Shown in pieces: positions 47,111 to 56,115 of a DNA stretch of 64,000 nucleotides. Each line of letters starts with the position of its first letter. The stretch's first letter is position 1. The position numbers were made by a program, and so were the translations under genes. The notes beneath the pieces were generated by a model that did no database searches, was not told where the DNA came from, and worked only from the letters and a program-made list of their open reading frames with translations. This stretch comes from Anaerolineae bacterium (GTDB taxonomy: Bacteria > Chloroflexota > Anaerolineae > CG2-30-64-16). Location: contig JAXGYZ010000013.1 of the NCBI GenBank assembly GCA_040772005.1, forward strand, positions 8,241 through 72,240, given 5' to 3'.

Positions 47111-47995
47111 GTGGACAGACTGACCGATTTTATCCGGGCGCACACCGTGGTGATTGGCGACGGCGCGATGGGGACCATGCTGCAGGCTGCCGGGTTGACG
47201 ACCGGCGGTGCGCCCGAAGCCTGGAATGTCGCGCGTCCCGACGCAGTCAAGGGCATCTACCAGGGCTATGTCGATGCCGGCTCACAGATCATCACCACGA
47301 ACACTTTCGGCGGGACAAGCTACCGCCTGGCGCGTGAAAACCTGGAGTCGCACGTGCATGAGTATAACGTCGCAGGCGCGCGGCTGGCGCGCGAGGTGGC
47401 CGATGCGGCGGACCACGAGGTGCTGGTCGCCGGTTCGATGGGGCCGACCGGTGAAATCATGGAGCCGCTGGGCACGCTGACGCCGGAGGGAGCCCGCGCC
47501 GCGTTCGCGGAGCAGGCCGCCGCGCTGGCCGAGGGCGGGGTGGACTTCTTCCTCATTGAGACCATGAGTGCGCTTGATGAGGTCCAGGCAGCAGTCGAGG
47601 GCATTCGATCCGTCTCTGACCTGCCGATTGCCGCGACCATGACCTTTGATACCCGCTTCCGCACGATGATGGGCGTCAAACCTGTGCAGGCTCTCAGCGC
47701 ACTGCACGATCTGGGCGTGCGCGTGATCGGCGCGAACTGCGGCAATGGGCCGGACGAGATCGAGCGCGTCATCTCAGAGATGGCCGCAGTGAAGCCGGAT
47801 GGGGTCTTTCTGATGGCGCAGTCGAACGCCGGCCTGCCCAAGTATGTGGACAAGCAGATTCACTACGACGGCACCCCTGAGGTCATGGCCGAGTACGCAG
47901 CCAAGATGAAAGCACTGGGCGTGAGTTATATCGGCGCGTGCTGTGGCAGCACCCCCGCGCACATCGCGGCGATGAAGCGGATGCTGGCAGGGTAG
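47111..47995 (+). CDS. Homocysteine S-methyltransferase domain protein (stand-alone MetH/Bmt-like)
   Basis: DGAMGT, TNTFG, GSMGPTG, IETM, GANC, NAGLP, GACCGS. Confidence 0.9.
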   Translation: MDRLTDFIRAHTVVIGDGAMGTMLQAAGLTTGGAPEAWNVARPDAVKGIYQGYVDAGSQIITTNTFGGTSYRLARENLESHVHEYNVAGARLAREVADAADHEVLVAGSMGPTGEIMEPLGTLTPEGARAAFAEQAAALAEGGVDFFLIETMSALDEVQAAVEGIRSVSDLPIAATMTFDTRFRTMMGVKPVQALSALHDLGVRVIGANCGNGPDEIERVISEMAAVKPDGVFLMAQSNAGLPKYVDKQIHYDGTPEVMAEYAAKMKALGVSYIGACCGSTPAHIAAMKRMLAG

Positions 47996-48011
47996 AGACC
48001 TTCTGGGGGCC

Positions 48012-48515
48012 ATGGAGTCACTCCGCCAGGCCGAACTGCTCGCGCTGGTCGAGGCCGAGCAGCGCCACATGCGGGCGTTGCTTGGCCGCCTCAAACCCGC
48101 TCATCTGGCGGCGCCCGGTGTCATCGGGTCGTGGTCTGTCAAGAACATCCTCGCCCACATTACCTTTTGGCACCGGCGGCTGCTGCACATCGTCGAGGCG
48201 GAGCGTTGCGGCCAGCGCGCGGCGCTGCTCATGCGGCCGGGGGAGGACTGGCCGGCTGCGCTGGCGCGCATCAACGAGCAGGTGGCCGCACTGAGCCAGG
48301 CCCAACCGGCCGATGTCGTGCTGGCGGACTTCCGGCAGACCTCCCAGGCCGTGTACGCACTGGTGGCCGGGTTGCGCGATGCGGAGTTGGCCGCGCCCCT
48401 GCGGACGACCGGCGAGCCGCTGTTGAGCCTGATCCTCGACCTGGCCTACGAACACCCGCACACGCACCGCCTGGAAGTGCAGGACTGGCTGCTGCGCGCA
48501 GAGAACAAGCGGTGA
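48012..48515 (+). CDS. DinB-like four-helix bundle protein (ClbS/DfsB-like)
   Basis: PGVIGSWSVKNILAHITFW, YEHPHTH. Confidence 0.7.
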   Translation: MESLRQAELLALVEAEQRHMRALLGRLKPAHLAAPGVIGSWSVKNILAHITFWHRRLLHIVEAERCGQRAALLMRPGEDWPAALARINEQVAALSQAQPADVVLADFRQTSQAVYALVAGLRDAELAAPLRTTGEPLLSLILDLAYEHPHTHRLEVQDWLLRAENKR

Positions 48516-48604
48516 ACCGCGAAGACCCGGCGGACTGCCCGCTGGGGCCGGTCTCTGACCGTGCCCCCCGGGATTAAGCGGTGAACCGCAAAGACGCGGC
48601 GGAC
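48507..48604. repeat. 29-bp direct repeats flanking a REP-like unit
   Basis: AAGCGGTGAACCGCRAAGACSCGGCGGAC at 48507-48535 and 48576-48604. Confidence 0.75.
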
Positions 48605-48618
48605 GCAGAGAGAGAAAT

Positions 48619-49350
48619 ATGGGCATCTACTCGAACAAACTGACCGCAGAGGTCCGGCTGGAACGCATGACGCCGGAGCAGATCGAGGCGGCGCAGGCGC
48701 GGCGGCCCGCGATTTATGTGCCGTGCGGCTCCATCGAGTGGCACGGCTATCACAACGTCGTCGGGTTGGATGCACTCAAGGCGCACGAGCAGCTTGTCGG
48801 CCTGGCGCAGCAGCACGGTGGCGTCGTCTATCCGCCCCTTTTTCTGGGCTCGGGCGGCGGCCACACCGACTGGCCCAGCTCGTTCATGGTCAGCAGCAAG
48901 CCAATGATACAACTGATGAGCGAGTTGCTGCACGCGTTCGAGCGCGACGGCTATCGCCAGGCTATCCTGTTGTCCGGCCACTATCCGAATCATCCGGAGT
49001 ACCAGCAGCGTGCCGTGGATCGCTACAAGGCGACGGGCGGCAAGATGCGCGTGCTTTCGCTGATCGAGGTGCAGGCGCCCGGCGTCGAAGGTGATCACGC
49101 GGCCAAGCAGGAGACCTCGTACATGCTCTACCTGCACCCGAACCTCGTTCACATGGAACGCCTGCTGGACGGGCCGCAGAACGACATCGGCGGGCCGGAT
49201 GAGCGGATTAATTACATGGGCGACGAGTACAAGGGGCATCCCTGCTATGGTCTGGTCGGCATCGACCCGCGCACCCACGCGTCCGCAGCCGTCGGCCGCG
49301 CCAACACGGAGCGGCTGCTGGCCTTTCTCGCGCAGTGGCTGGAAGAATGA
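48619..49350 (+). CDS. Creatininase family protein
   Basis: PCGSIEWHG, GLD, LSGH, DHAAKQETS. Confidence 0.85.
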   Translation: MGIYSNKLTAEVRLERMTPEQIEAAQARRPAIYVPCGSIEWHGYHNVVGLDALKAHEQLVGLAQQHGGVVYPPLFLGSGGGHTDWPSSFMVSSKPMIQLMSELLHAFERDGYRQAILLSGHYPNHPEYQQRAVDRYKATGGKMRVLSLIEVQAPGVEGDHAAKQETSYMLYLHPNLVHMERLLDGPQNDIGGPDERINYMGDEYKGHPCYGLVGIDPRTHASAAVGRANTERLLAFLAQWLEE

Positions 49351-49354
49351 CGCA

Positions 49355-49403
49355 TTACTCGTTACTCGTTTGGAATCAGTAACGAGTAACAAGTAACGAG
49401 TAA
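49355..49403. repeat. Heptamer-based palindromic repeat (GTAACGA units)
   Basis: TTACTCGTTACTCGTT...AGTAACGAGTAACAAGTAACGAGTAA; a single arm recurs at 60884-60906. Confidence 0.8.
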
Positions 49404-49423
49404 ACTTCTATTTCGGAGGACCT

Positions 49424-50674
49424 ATGGACCCACAGGCATTTGCACAGGACCGCACCCAGCGCGCGGACGCGCGCAGCGATCCCCGGTTGGACTGGTGGCG
49501 CGCGGCGCGCTTCGGGTTGTTCATTCACTGGGGCCTGTACGCCATCCCCGCGGGCCAGTGGCAGGGCCAGGCCGTGCCCGGCATCGGGGAGTGGATCATG
49601 CACCGGGCGCGCATCCCCGTGGCCGAGTATGAGCCGCTGGCTGCGCAGTTCAACCCGGTCAAGTTCGACGCGCGCGAGTGGGTGTCGCTGGCGAAGGCCG
49701 CGGGGCAGAAGTACTTCGTCATCACGGCCAAACACCACGACGGCTTCTGCATGTATAAAACCGCGCTGACGCGCTACAACATCGTGGATGCGACGCCCTT
49801 CGGCCGCGACCCGATGGCCGAGTTGGCCGCCGAGTGTGCGCGGCAGGGCCTCCGCTTCGGCTTCTACTACTCGCAGACGCAGGACTGGCATCACCCGGAC
49901 GGGGACGGCAACGATTGGGACTACGATGAGAGCAAGAAGGATTTTGCGGGCTACATCGAGGACTACGTCAAGCCGCAGGTGCGCGAGCTGCTGACCAACT
50001 ACGGACCGATTGCGCTCATCTGGTTCGATACGCCGAAGGGCATCACCGCGGAGCAGAGCCGAGGACTATTGGAAACCGTGCATGGCACCCAACCCGACAC
50101 GCTGGTCTGCGGCCGGCTGGGCAACGCGCTGGGCGACTATGCGTCGGCGCGCGACAACGCCATCCCTGGTGCGCTGGTGGACGCCGACTGGGAGACTCCC
50201 GCGACCATCAACGATACGTGGGGCTACAAGACCGACGACCATAACTGGAAGTCCACCGAGGACCTGCTGCACAAGCTGGTGGATATCGCCAGCAAGGGCG
50301 GCAACTACCTGCTGAACGTGGGACCGACTGCGGAAGGGATCATTCCGCAGCCCAGCGTGGAGCGTCTGCGGGAGATGGGGGCGTGGCTGGCCGTCAACGG
50401 CGAGAGTGTCTATGGGACGCGTGCCGGACCGGTGCAGGGCTTGACCTGGGCGCGGTCCACTCGCGCTGGCCGCAAGACTTATGTGCATGTCTTCGACTGG
50501 CCGGCCGGCGGACACTTGCAACTGCCCTTTGATGGTCCCGCCAGCTCCGTATACCTCCTGGCCGACCCTGCCCGCACGCCGTTGAAGATACAATCATACC
50601 GGAACGAGCTGGCAATTCACGGTCCCGCTTACGCGCCGGATGAGGTCGATTCGGTGGTGGTGGTCGAAGGCTGA
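49424..50674 (+). CDS. Alpha-L-fucosidase, GH29
   Basis: FGLFIHWG, GEW, AKHHDGF, DWHHP, IWFD, GGNYLLNVGP. Confidence 0.92.
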   Translation: MDPQAFAQDRTQRADARSDPRLDWWRAARFGLFIHWGLYAIPAGQWQGQAVPGIGEWIMHRARIPVAEYEPLAAQFNPVKFDAREWVSLAKAAGQKYFVITAKHHDGFCMYKTALTRYNIVDATPFGRDPMAELAAECARQGLRFGFYYSQTQDWHHPDGDGNDWDYDESKKDFAGYIEDYVKPQVRELLTNYGPIALIWFDTPKGITAEQSRGLLETVHGTQPDTLVCGRLGNALGDYASARDNAIPGALVDADWETPATINDTWGYKTDDHNWKSTEDLLHKLVDIASKGGNYLLNVGPTAEGIIPQPSVERLREMGAWLAVNGESVYGTRAGPVQGLTWARSTRAGRKTYVHVFDWPAGGHLQLPFDGPASSVYLLADPARTPLKIQSYRNELAIHGPAYAPDEVDSVVVVEG

Positions 50675-50687
50675 TCCGAACGGGAAG

Positions 50688-50762
50688 TAACCACGAAAGA
50701 CGCGGAGCACACGGAACCAGAATCACCGGTTTCTTCCGTATGCTCCGCGTCTTCCGTGGTTA
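50688..50762. repeat. Nonamer-type palindromic repeat between convergent genes
   Basis: TAACCACGAAAGACGCGGAGCACACGGAA...TTCCGTATGCTCCGCGTCTTCCGTGGTTA. Confidence 0.8.
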
Positions 50763-50772
50763 ATCGCTTCCC

Positions 50773-51264
50773 TCAGTCCAGCTTCATCATCCCGCGATAG
50801 TATCCCGGCTCCGAATCGGGGATCTCCACCGCGCCGACCGCCTTGCGGTAGAAGTCCTTCGGCCCGGCCCAGCCGATGGCGCAGTACGCGTAGCCCTTCA
50901 GCCGCATGTCCAGCAGGCACGCGAGCAGGAGAGCCTTGCCCGTACCCTGCCCGCGTTCGGCCTCTTCGACGCCGGTCGGCCCGAACATCCCCAGGCCCGT
51001 CGCATCATAGCACGCGAATCCGATCATTTGCTGCCCGGCCTCCCCGCGGTCCTTCACCGCAATGAAGCACGTCATGGGCCGGTTCGCCAGCGCGCAGGCC
51101 GTCTCCGCGGCCCAACCGTCGTCGAACGTCTTGCGAATCCACGCCAGCACGCCGTTGTGCTCCGGCCCGATCGGCTTGCGGATGGTGATGCCGAGCGCGG
51201 CCTGCTGTTCGACGAAGCTCCAGTCGTTCTTGAGATCGTACAGCTTGACGAGCATGTCGGTCAT
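50773..51264 (-). CDS. GNAT family N-acetyltransferase
   Basis: DMLVKLY, GFACYD, FGPTGV..RGQGTGKALL, FY. Confidence 0.85.
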   Translation of the reverse strand: MTDMLVKLYDLKNDWSFVEQQAALGITIRKPIGPEHNGVLAWIRKTFDDGWAAETACALANRPMTCFIAVKDRGEAGQQMIGFACYDATGLGMFGPTGVEEAERGQGTGKALLLACLLDMRLKGYAYCAIGWAGPKDFYRKAVGAVEIPDSEPGYYRGMMKLD

Positions 51265-53159
51265 GCGGCCGCCTCAGCTTGCACAGCGGGCTGCGCTGCC
51301 CACGTCAGCCCCAGTTCGGCCAGGTTCGCAGCGGTCGGCACGCCCGTGCCGTCCCACCCGGACATGCCGTAGTAAAGCTGGAGCGCGCGGCGGAACTCCT
51401 CCCGATCTATCGACCGGCCCTCGAGGTGGCCGTTGTTCAGGCCCTCGAACAGGCGGTCGGGCAGCGTGTCGTCAGCAGCGGTGAACCCCTCGCGCAGGTT
51501 GAACAGCCGGTACATCGTGTTGGCGCGCTCGCCCACCTTCATCATTTCGAACAGGCTCATGTCCCAGCCGGTTGCGCCGTTGATGTAGTCGCGCAGCATC
51601 TCAAACCGCAGCGCGTTGATCGGCACGCCGACAAAGTCGCACATGCCAACGCTGTTGTACAGGTTGAATGTAGTCTGCGCATACTTGAACGCGCGCACCT
51701 TGTCTGGGCCGAGGTCGAAGCGGTCCACCGGCTCGAGCAGGCCGAGGGGCTCCCAGCCGGTCTCTGCAATCCCCAGCGACTCGAACGTGGGATCGTGATC
51801 GGCCTCCATGTGGTCTGCACCCGTCGGGGAGACGGCGTAGGCCAGGCCCACGCCGACTTTGCCGCGTGGCTCGTGCATGGGCAGTTCCTGCCCCTTGACG
51901 TGCATCGCGTACCGCTCAGCCCCGCGGCCAATCTGCTCAGCCGCACGCTTGACCCCCTCCGCCAGCACGCTGCCGATGCCGTCCCGACGGCAGATCTTGT
52001 GGATCATCTCGATGGCGGCGTCCGCGTTGCCCCAGCGCAGGTCCAGCCCGTCGAGGTCGTCGCGGGTGAGGATGCCGTTCTCGTAGCATTCCATCGCGAA
52101 CGCGATGCTGACGCCGCACGAGATGCCATCGACCACGTAGCGGTTGACCCACTGCGACATCTCCGCGACTGCACCGAGGTCGCCGACGCCGATGAGCGAG
52201 CCGAGCGCGCCGATGATTTCGTACTCCATGCCGCCGAACCGGGGCTCCACACCGCGCTCCGGCACGGCCACCTCGCGCTTGCACGCGACTGCGCACGCGT
52301 AGCACGTCCCGCGGTCGGTCAGGATCGTGTCCGACATGGTCTTGCCCGTGATGGCGCGGGCATGCTCGAATGAGCCATCGCGGAAGTTCCGCGTCGGCAG
52401 GATGCCGTCCGCATCCAGATCTTCGAGCCCGCCCGCGGTGCCGTGCAGGTGCATTCCGTCGTGCTCGTGGTCGTAGACCTCGCGGAAGCGCCGCAGGACA
52501 TCCTGCGCGGCGGCCTTATCCGTCGGCCCGATGCGTTCACGGCCGCGCGTCACGATCGCGCGCACGTTCTTGCTCCCCATCACCGCGCCCAGGCCCGCGC
52601 GGCCATGATAGTGGCGCAGTTGGTTCGTGATGGCCGCATAGCGCACGCGGTTCTCGCCGGAGATGCCCGTCTGCAGGACGCAGATGGCGCGGTCGCCCAG
52701 CTCTGCCTCCAAGCCGTCCTGGACCTCTTCGGAGTATTTGCCCCAGTAGCGGCCGGCATCGCGAAACTCGCAGACGCCGTCGTGGACGAACAGATAGGTC
52801 GGTCGCGCCGCCCGGCCGTGCAGGATGATGCCGTCGAACCCGCTGCGCTTCAACTCCGGCCCCCAGTAACCGCCCGCTTCAGCTTCACCGAATCCGCCGG
52901 TCAGCGGGGACTTGCCCGCGGCGGTGTAACGGTTTGCGCCGGAGAGCGGCAGGCCGTTGATGACGCTTGTCATAAACATCAGCAGGTTGTCGGGACCGAG
53001 CGGGTCGATGCCCGGCGTCAGGTCGCGCAGCAGGAAGTAGCTCGCCAACGCGCTCCCGCCGAGGTACTTGCGGTAAACCAGCGGCGGCAGCTCCTCGACC
53101 CACCAGCGCGGTTCGTTCAGGTCAACGTGCAGGATTTTGCCGTGATAGCTGTCAGCCAT
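51261..53159 (-). CDS. Aldehyde:ferredoxin oxidoreductase family (W/Mo-pterin)
   Basis: KSPLTGG, GRAGLGAVMGSKN, CYACAVAC, EYE, MHVKGQELPMHEPR, GADH. Confidence 0.92.
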   Translation of the reverse strand: MADSYHGKILHVDLNEPRWWVEELPPLVYRKYLGGSALASYFLLRDLTPGIDPLGPDNLLMFMTSVINGLPLSGANRYTAAGKSPLTGGFGEAEAGGYWGPELKRSGFDGIILHGRAARPTYLFVHDGVCEFRDAGRYWGKYSEEVQDGLEAELGDRAICVLQTGISGENRVRYAAITNQLRHYHGRAGLGAVMGSKNVRAIVTRGRERIGPTDKAAAQDVLRRFREVYDHEHDGMHLHGTAGGLEDLDADGILPTRNFRDGSFEHARAITGKTMSDTILTDRGTCYACAVACKREVAVPERGVEPRFGGMEYEIIGALGSLIGVGDLGAVAEMSQWVNRYVVDGISCGVSIAFAMECYENGILTRDDLDGLDLRWGNADAAIEMIHKICRRDGIGSVLAEGVKRAAEQIGRGAERYAMHVKGQELPMHEPRGKVGVGLAYAVSPTGADHMEADHDPTFESLGIAETGWEPLGLLEPVDRFDLGPDKVRAFKYAQTTFNLYNSVGMCDFVGVPINALRFEMLRDYINGATGWDMSLFEMMKVGERANTMYRLFNLREGFTAADDTLPDRLFEGLNNGHLEGRSIDREEFRRALQLYYGMSGWDGTGVPTAANLAELGLTWAAQPAVQAEAAA

Positions 53160-53290
53160 GAGGGTTCCTCCGGGGAAGGGGTGTAATCTGTGTCACAATC
53201 GCTGGGATAGGATATTACGACGAGGGGATTGTGTCAAACGGAGCGGGCGAGCGGAAGCCGGAAACTGGAAGCTGGAGGGCGTTGGGAAGT

Positions 53291-53319
53291 TTGACGCAAG
53301 GTGCGCGAGGACCTATACT
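53291..53319 (+). promoter_or_regulatory. sigma70-type promoter of the MNT gene
   Basis: TTGACG-17 nt-TATACT. Confidence 0.65.
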
Positions 53320-53343
53320 TGGGGCTAGAGTGAGGACCTGCAC

Positions 53344-53664
53344 ATGCTAACTCAACACGCGATTCAACAGGCCGTCAAGCGTATCCTACAGGTGTCGGAG
53401 CCTAGCCGCGTCATCCTGTTCGGCTCTTACGCGCGCGGAGCTGCATCTCCTGATTCCGACCTTGACCTTATGGTGATATTGCCGGGAAAGCCGGACAAAT
53501 ACGCGGAAAGCCTGCGATTACGTCGCGCGATCGGGTCAGTCGGAACCGGCGTGGATGTGCTGGTGTTTTCCGAAGACGAAGCTCGTCGCCGCGGTCACGT
53601 GCCGGGAACAGTGATCTACTGGGCCAATTGCGAAGGAAAGGTCTTGTATGAAGCCGCACCTTGA
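53344..53664 (+). CDS. Minimal nucleotidyltransferase (MNT antitoxin-like)
   Basis: ILFGSYARG...DSDLDLMV, VDVLV, EGKVLY. Confidence 0.85.
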   Translation: MLTQHAIQQAVKRILQVSEPSRVILFGSYARGAASPDSDLDLMVILPGKPDKYAESLRLRRAIGSVGTGVDVLVFSEDEARRRGHVPGTVIYWANCEGKVLYEAAP

Positions 53665-53689
53665 GGAAGCTCATCGCATGCTTCGTTAG
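53648..53689 (+). pseudogene. Truncated HEPN-toxin-like remnant (13 codons)
   Basis: ATG overlapping the MNT 3' end gives MKPHLEEAHRMLR then TAG; the position and N-terminus resemble HEPN partners. Confidence 0.45.
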
Positions 53690-53708
53690 AGGAATAGCCA
53701 GGAGCTCC

Positions 53709-54578
53709 ATGCGCACTGAACAACAGATGTTCGACCTGATCCTTGCTACTGCGCGGGACGACGAACGCATCCGCGCGGTCATCATGAACGGCTCGCGGGC
53801 CAACCCCAACGCCCCGCGTGATTTCTTCCAGGACTACGACATCGTTTATGTGGTCACTGATGTGGAGCCGTTCCGCCACAACCTGGCATGGATTGCGCGC
53901 TTCGGTGAGCTGATGATCCTGCAACTGCCGGACGAGATGGAGGATCCGCCGCCTGTCGATGCGCCGGGATTCGCCTATCTGATGCAGTTCGCGGACGGCA
54001 ACCGCATCGACCTGAGCTTCTTCCCGGTGAGCCGGCTGGCAGAACTAGAGGAAGACAGCCAGACCATCGTGCTGCTGGACAAAGATGGTATTCTCCCGCC
54101 CTTCCCGCCCGCCAGCGACCGCGACTACCTGCCCAAGCCGCCGACAGCCAAGCAGTTCGGTGATTGCTGCAACGAGTTCTGGTGGGTGTCGCCATACGCG
54201 GCGAAGGGGCTGTGGCGGCAGGAGATCGTCTACGCCAAGCAGATGCTCGATGAATATGTGCGTACCCAACTGATGAAGATGCTGGCCTGGCATGTCGGCG
54301 TGCAGACCGAGTTCCAGGCCAGCCCCGGCAAGTATGGCAAGTACCTCGAGCAGTATCTCGAACCTGAGCTGTGGGAGCTGCTGCTGCGCACCTATGCCGG
54401 CGCAGACTACGACCACACCTGGGACGCACTGCTGGCTATGGGTGACCTGTTCCGCCGCGTGGCGACCGGTGTAGCGACGCACTTCGGCTTCGAATATCCA
54501 TATGGCGACGACGCCCGTGTCAGCGCCCATCTGCGGCACGTCCGCGCGCTGCCGCGCGATGCAGCGGAGATGTACTGA
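53709..54578 (+). CDS. Aminoglycoside 6-adenylyltransferase family (ANT(6)/AadK-like)
   Basis: MRTEQQM, MNGSRANPN..DFFQDYDIVY, DGNRIDL, LLDKD, CCNEFWWV, GKYGKY. Confidence 0.85.
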   Translation: MRTEQQMFDLILATARDDERIRAVIMNGSRANPNAPRDFFQDYDIVYVVTDVEPFRHNLAWIARFGELMILQLPDEMEDPPPVDAPGFAYLMQFADGNRIDLSFFPVSRLAELEEDSQTIVLLDKDGILPPFPPASDRDYLPKPPTAKQFGDCCNEFWWVSPYAAKGLWRQEIVYAKQMLDEYVRTQLMKMLAWHVGVQTEFQASPGKYGKYLEQYLEPELWELLLRTYAGADYDHTWDALLAMGDLFRRVATGVATHFGFEYPYGDDARVSAHLRHVRALPRDAAEMY

Positions 54579-54602
54579 CGCACGCTCTGTCGCACAGGAG
54601 CA

Positions 54603-56081
54603 ATGATGGCTTCTCCCCCGAATATCGTCATCTTCAATCCCGACCAGTGGCGCGGCGACGTGATGGGGCATCTCGGCAACCCGGCGGCATCCACCCCGGT
54701 GCTCGACCAACTGGTTAGCGAGGATGGAGTGTCGTTCCGCAATGCGTTCTGCCAGAACCCGGTCTGCACGCCCAGCCGCTGCTCCTTCATGACAGGCTGG
54801 TATCCCCACGTGCGCGGGCACCGCACTATGCACCATATGCTGCACACGGAATGTGGGGAACCGAACCTGCTGCAGGTGCTTAAGGAACACGGCTACTTCG
54901 TCTGGTGGGGCGGCAAGAATGACCTCATACCGGGCGGGCAGCCGCTCGACGCGGTGTGTGATGTGCGCTACCGCGCCGACTCTGCGCCGATGTGGCAGGT
55001 GGATCGCGCGGCGGAGTGGCGCGGCGCGCCCGGTTCGGACAGCTTCTACTCGTTCTACGTCGGCAAGTTGCCCCACACGGACGGCTACGACCACTACCAT
55101 GACAGCGATTGGGCCAACGTGCTGGGCGCGGTCGAGTTCCTGCGCCACTACGACGGGCAGCAGCCCTTCTGCATCTTCCTCTCCCTCACCTATCCTCACC
55201 CACCGTATGCAGTCGAAGAACCGTGGTACAGCCGCATCGACCGGCCCGCCCTGCCCCCGCGCGCGCCTGCTCCATCGGGTTGGCACGGCAAGCCCGCGAT
55301 TCTGCCCGGCATCGCGGCGGGGCAAGGCTTGACAGGGTGGACCGAGGAACGTTGGCGCGAACTGCGAGCGGCTTACTACGGCATGTGCAGCCGGGTGGAT
55401 GCGCAGGCCGGCCTGGTGCTCGACGCGCTGGCTGAGCGCGGGGTGTACGACGATACGGCCTTCTTCCTCTTTGCGGACCACGGCGACTTCACCGGTGATT
55501 ACGGGCTGGTGGAAAAGACCCAGAATACCTTCGAGGAGTGCCTGACGCATGTGCCGTTTGTGGTCAAGCCGCCGCGGGATCTGGCTGTCCAGGCCGGAAT
55601 CCGGGACGCGCTCGTGGAGCTTATCGATTTCCCTGCAACCGTGTACGACCTGGCGGGCATCGTGCCGGAGTATACGCACTTTGGCCGGAGCCTCACACCG
55701 CTGCTGCGAGGGGAGACGGCAGAACACCGGGATGCCGTCTTCTGCGAGGGCGGGCGCTTGCACGGCGAACGACAAGCCATGGAGCTGGAGAGCGATCAGG
55801 ATTCGCGCGGCCTCTACTCGCCCCGGCTCAGGTTGCAGGCTACCGATGAAGCGCCCTATCACGGAAAAGCCACCATGTGCCGGACGGACCGGTACAAGTA
55901 CGTACACCGGCTGTACGAACCGGACGAGCTATACGATCTGGCGCACGACCCGCAGGAGCTGCACAACGTGGCCGGTGATGCGGTCTACGGACCCGTTTTG
56001 GAGAGCCTGCGGGAGCGGCTGCTCACCTGGTATCAGGAGACGTGCGACATCGTGCCTCGCGCGACCGACCGCCGATGGTGA
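54603..56081 (+). CDS. Cys-type sulfatase
   Basis: PNI..DQWR, CTPSRCSFMTG, GKND, PHPPY, ADHGD. Confidence 0.9.
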   Translation: MMASPPNIVIFNPDQWRGDVMGHLGNPAASTPVLDQLVSEDGVSFRNAFCQNPVCTPSRCSFMTGWYPHVRGHRTMHHMLHTECGEPNLLQVLKEHGYFVWWGGKNDLIPGGQPLDAVCDVRYRADSAPMWQVDRAAEWRGAPGSDSFYSFYVGKLPHTDGYDHYHDSDWANVLGAVEFLRHYDGQQPFCIFLSLTYPHPPYAVEEPWYSRIDRPALPPRAPAPSGWHGKPAILPGIAAGQGLTGWTEERWRELRAAYYGMCSRVDAQAGLVLDALAERGVYDDTAFFLFADHGDFTGDYGLVEKTQNTFEECLTHVPFVVKPPRDLAVQAGIRDALVELIDFPATVYDLAGIVPEYTHFGRSLTPLLRGETAEHRDAVFCEGGRLHGERQAMELESDQDSRGLYSPRLRLQATDEAPYHGKATMCRTDRYKYVHRLYEPDELYDLAHDPQELHNVAGDAVYGPVLESLRERLLTWYQETCDIVPRATDRRW

Positions 56082-56115
56082 TCCGGCCGCCATGACATCA
56101 TAGTTTGGAGGGAGA

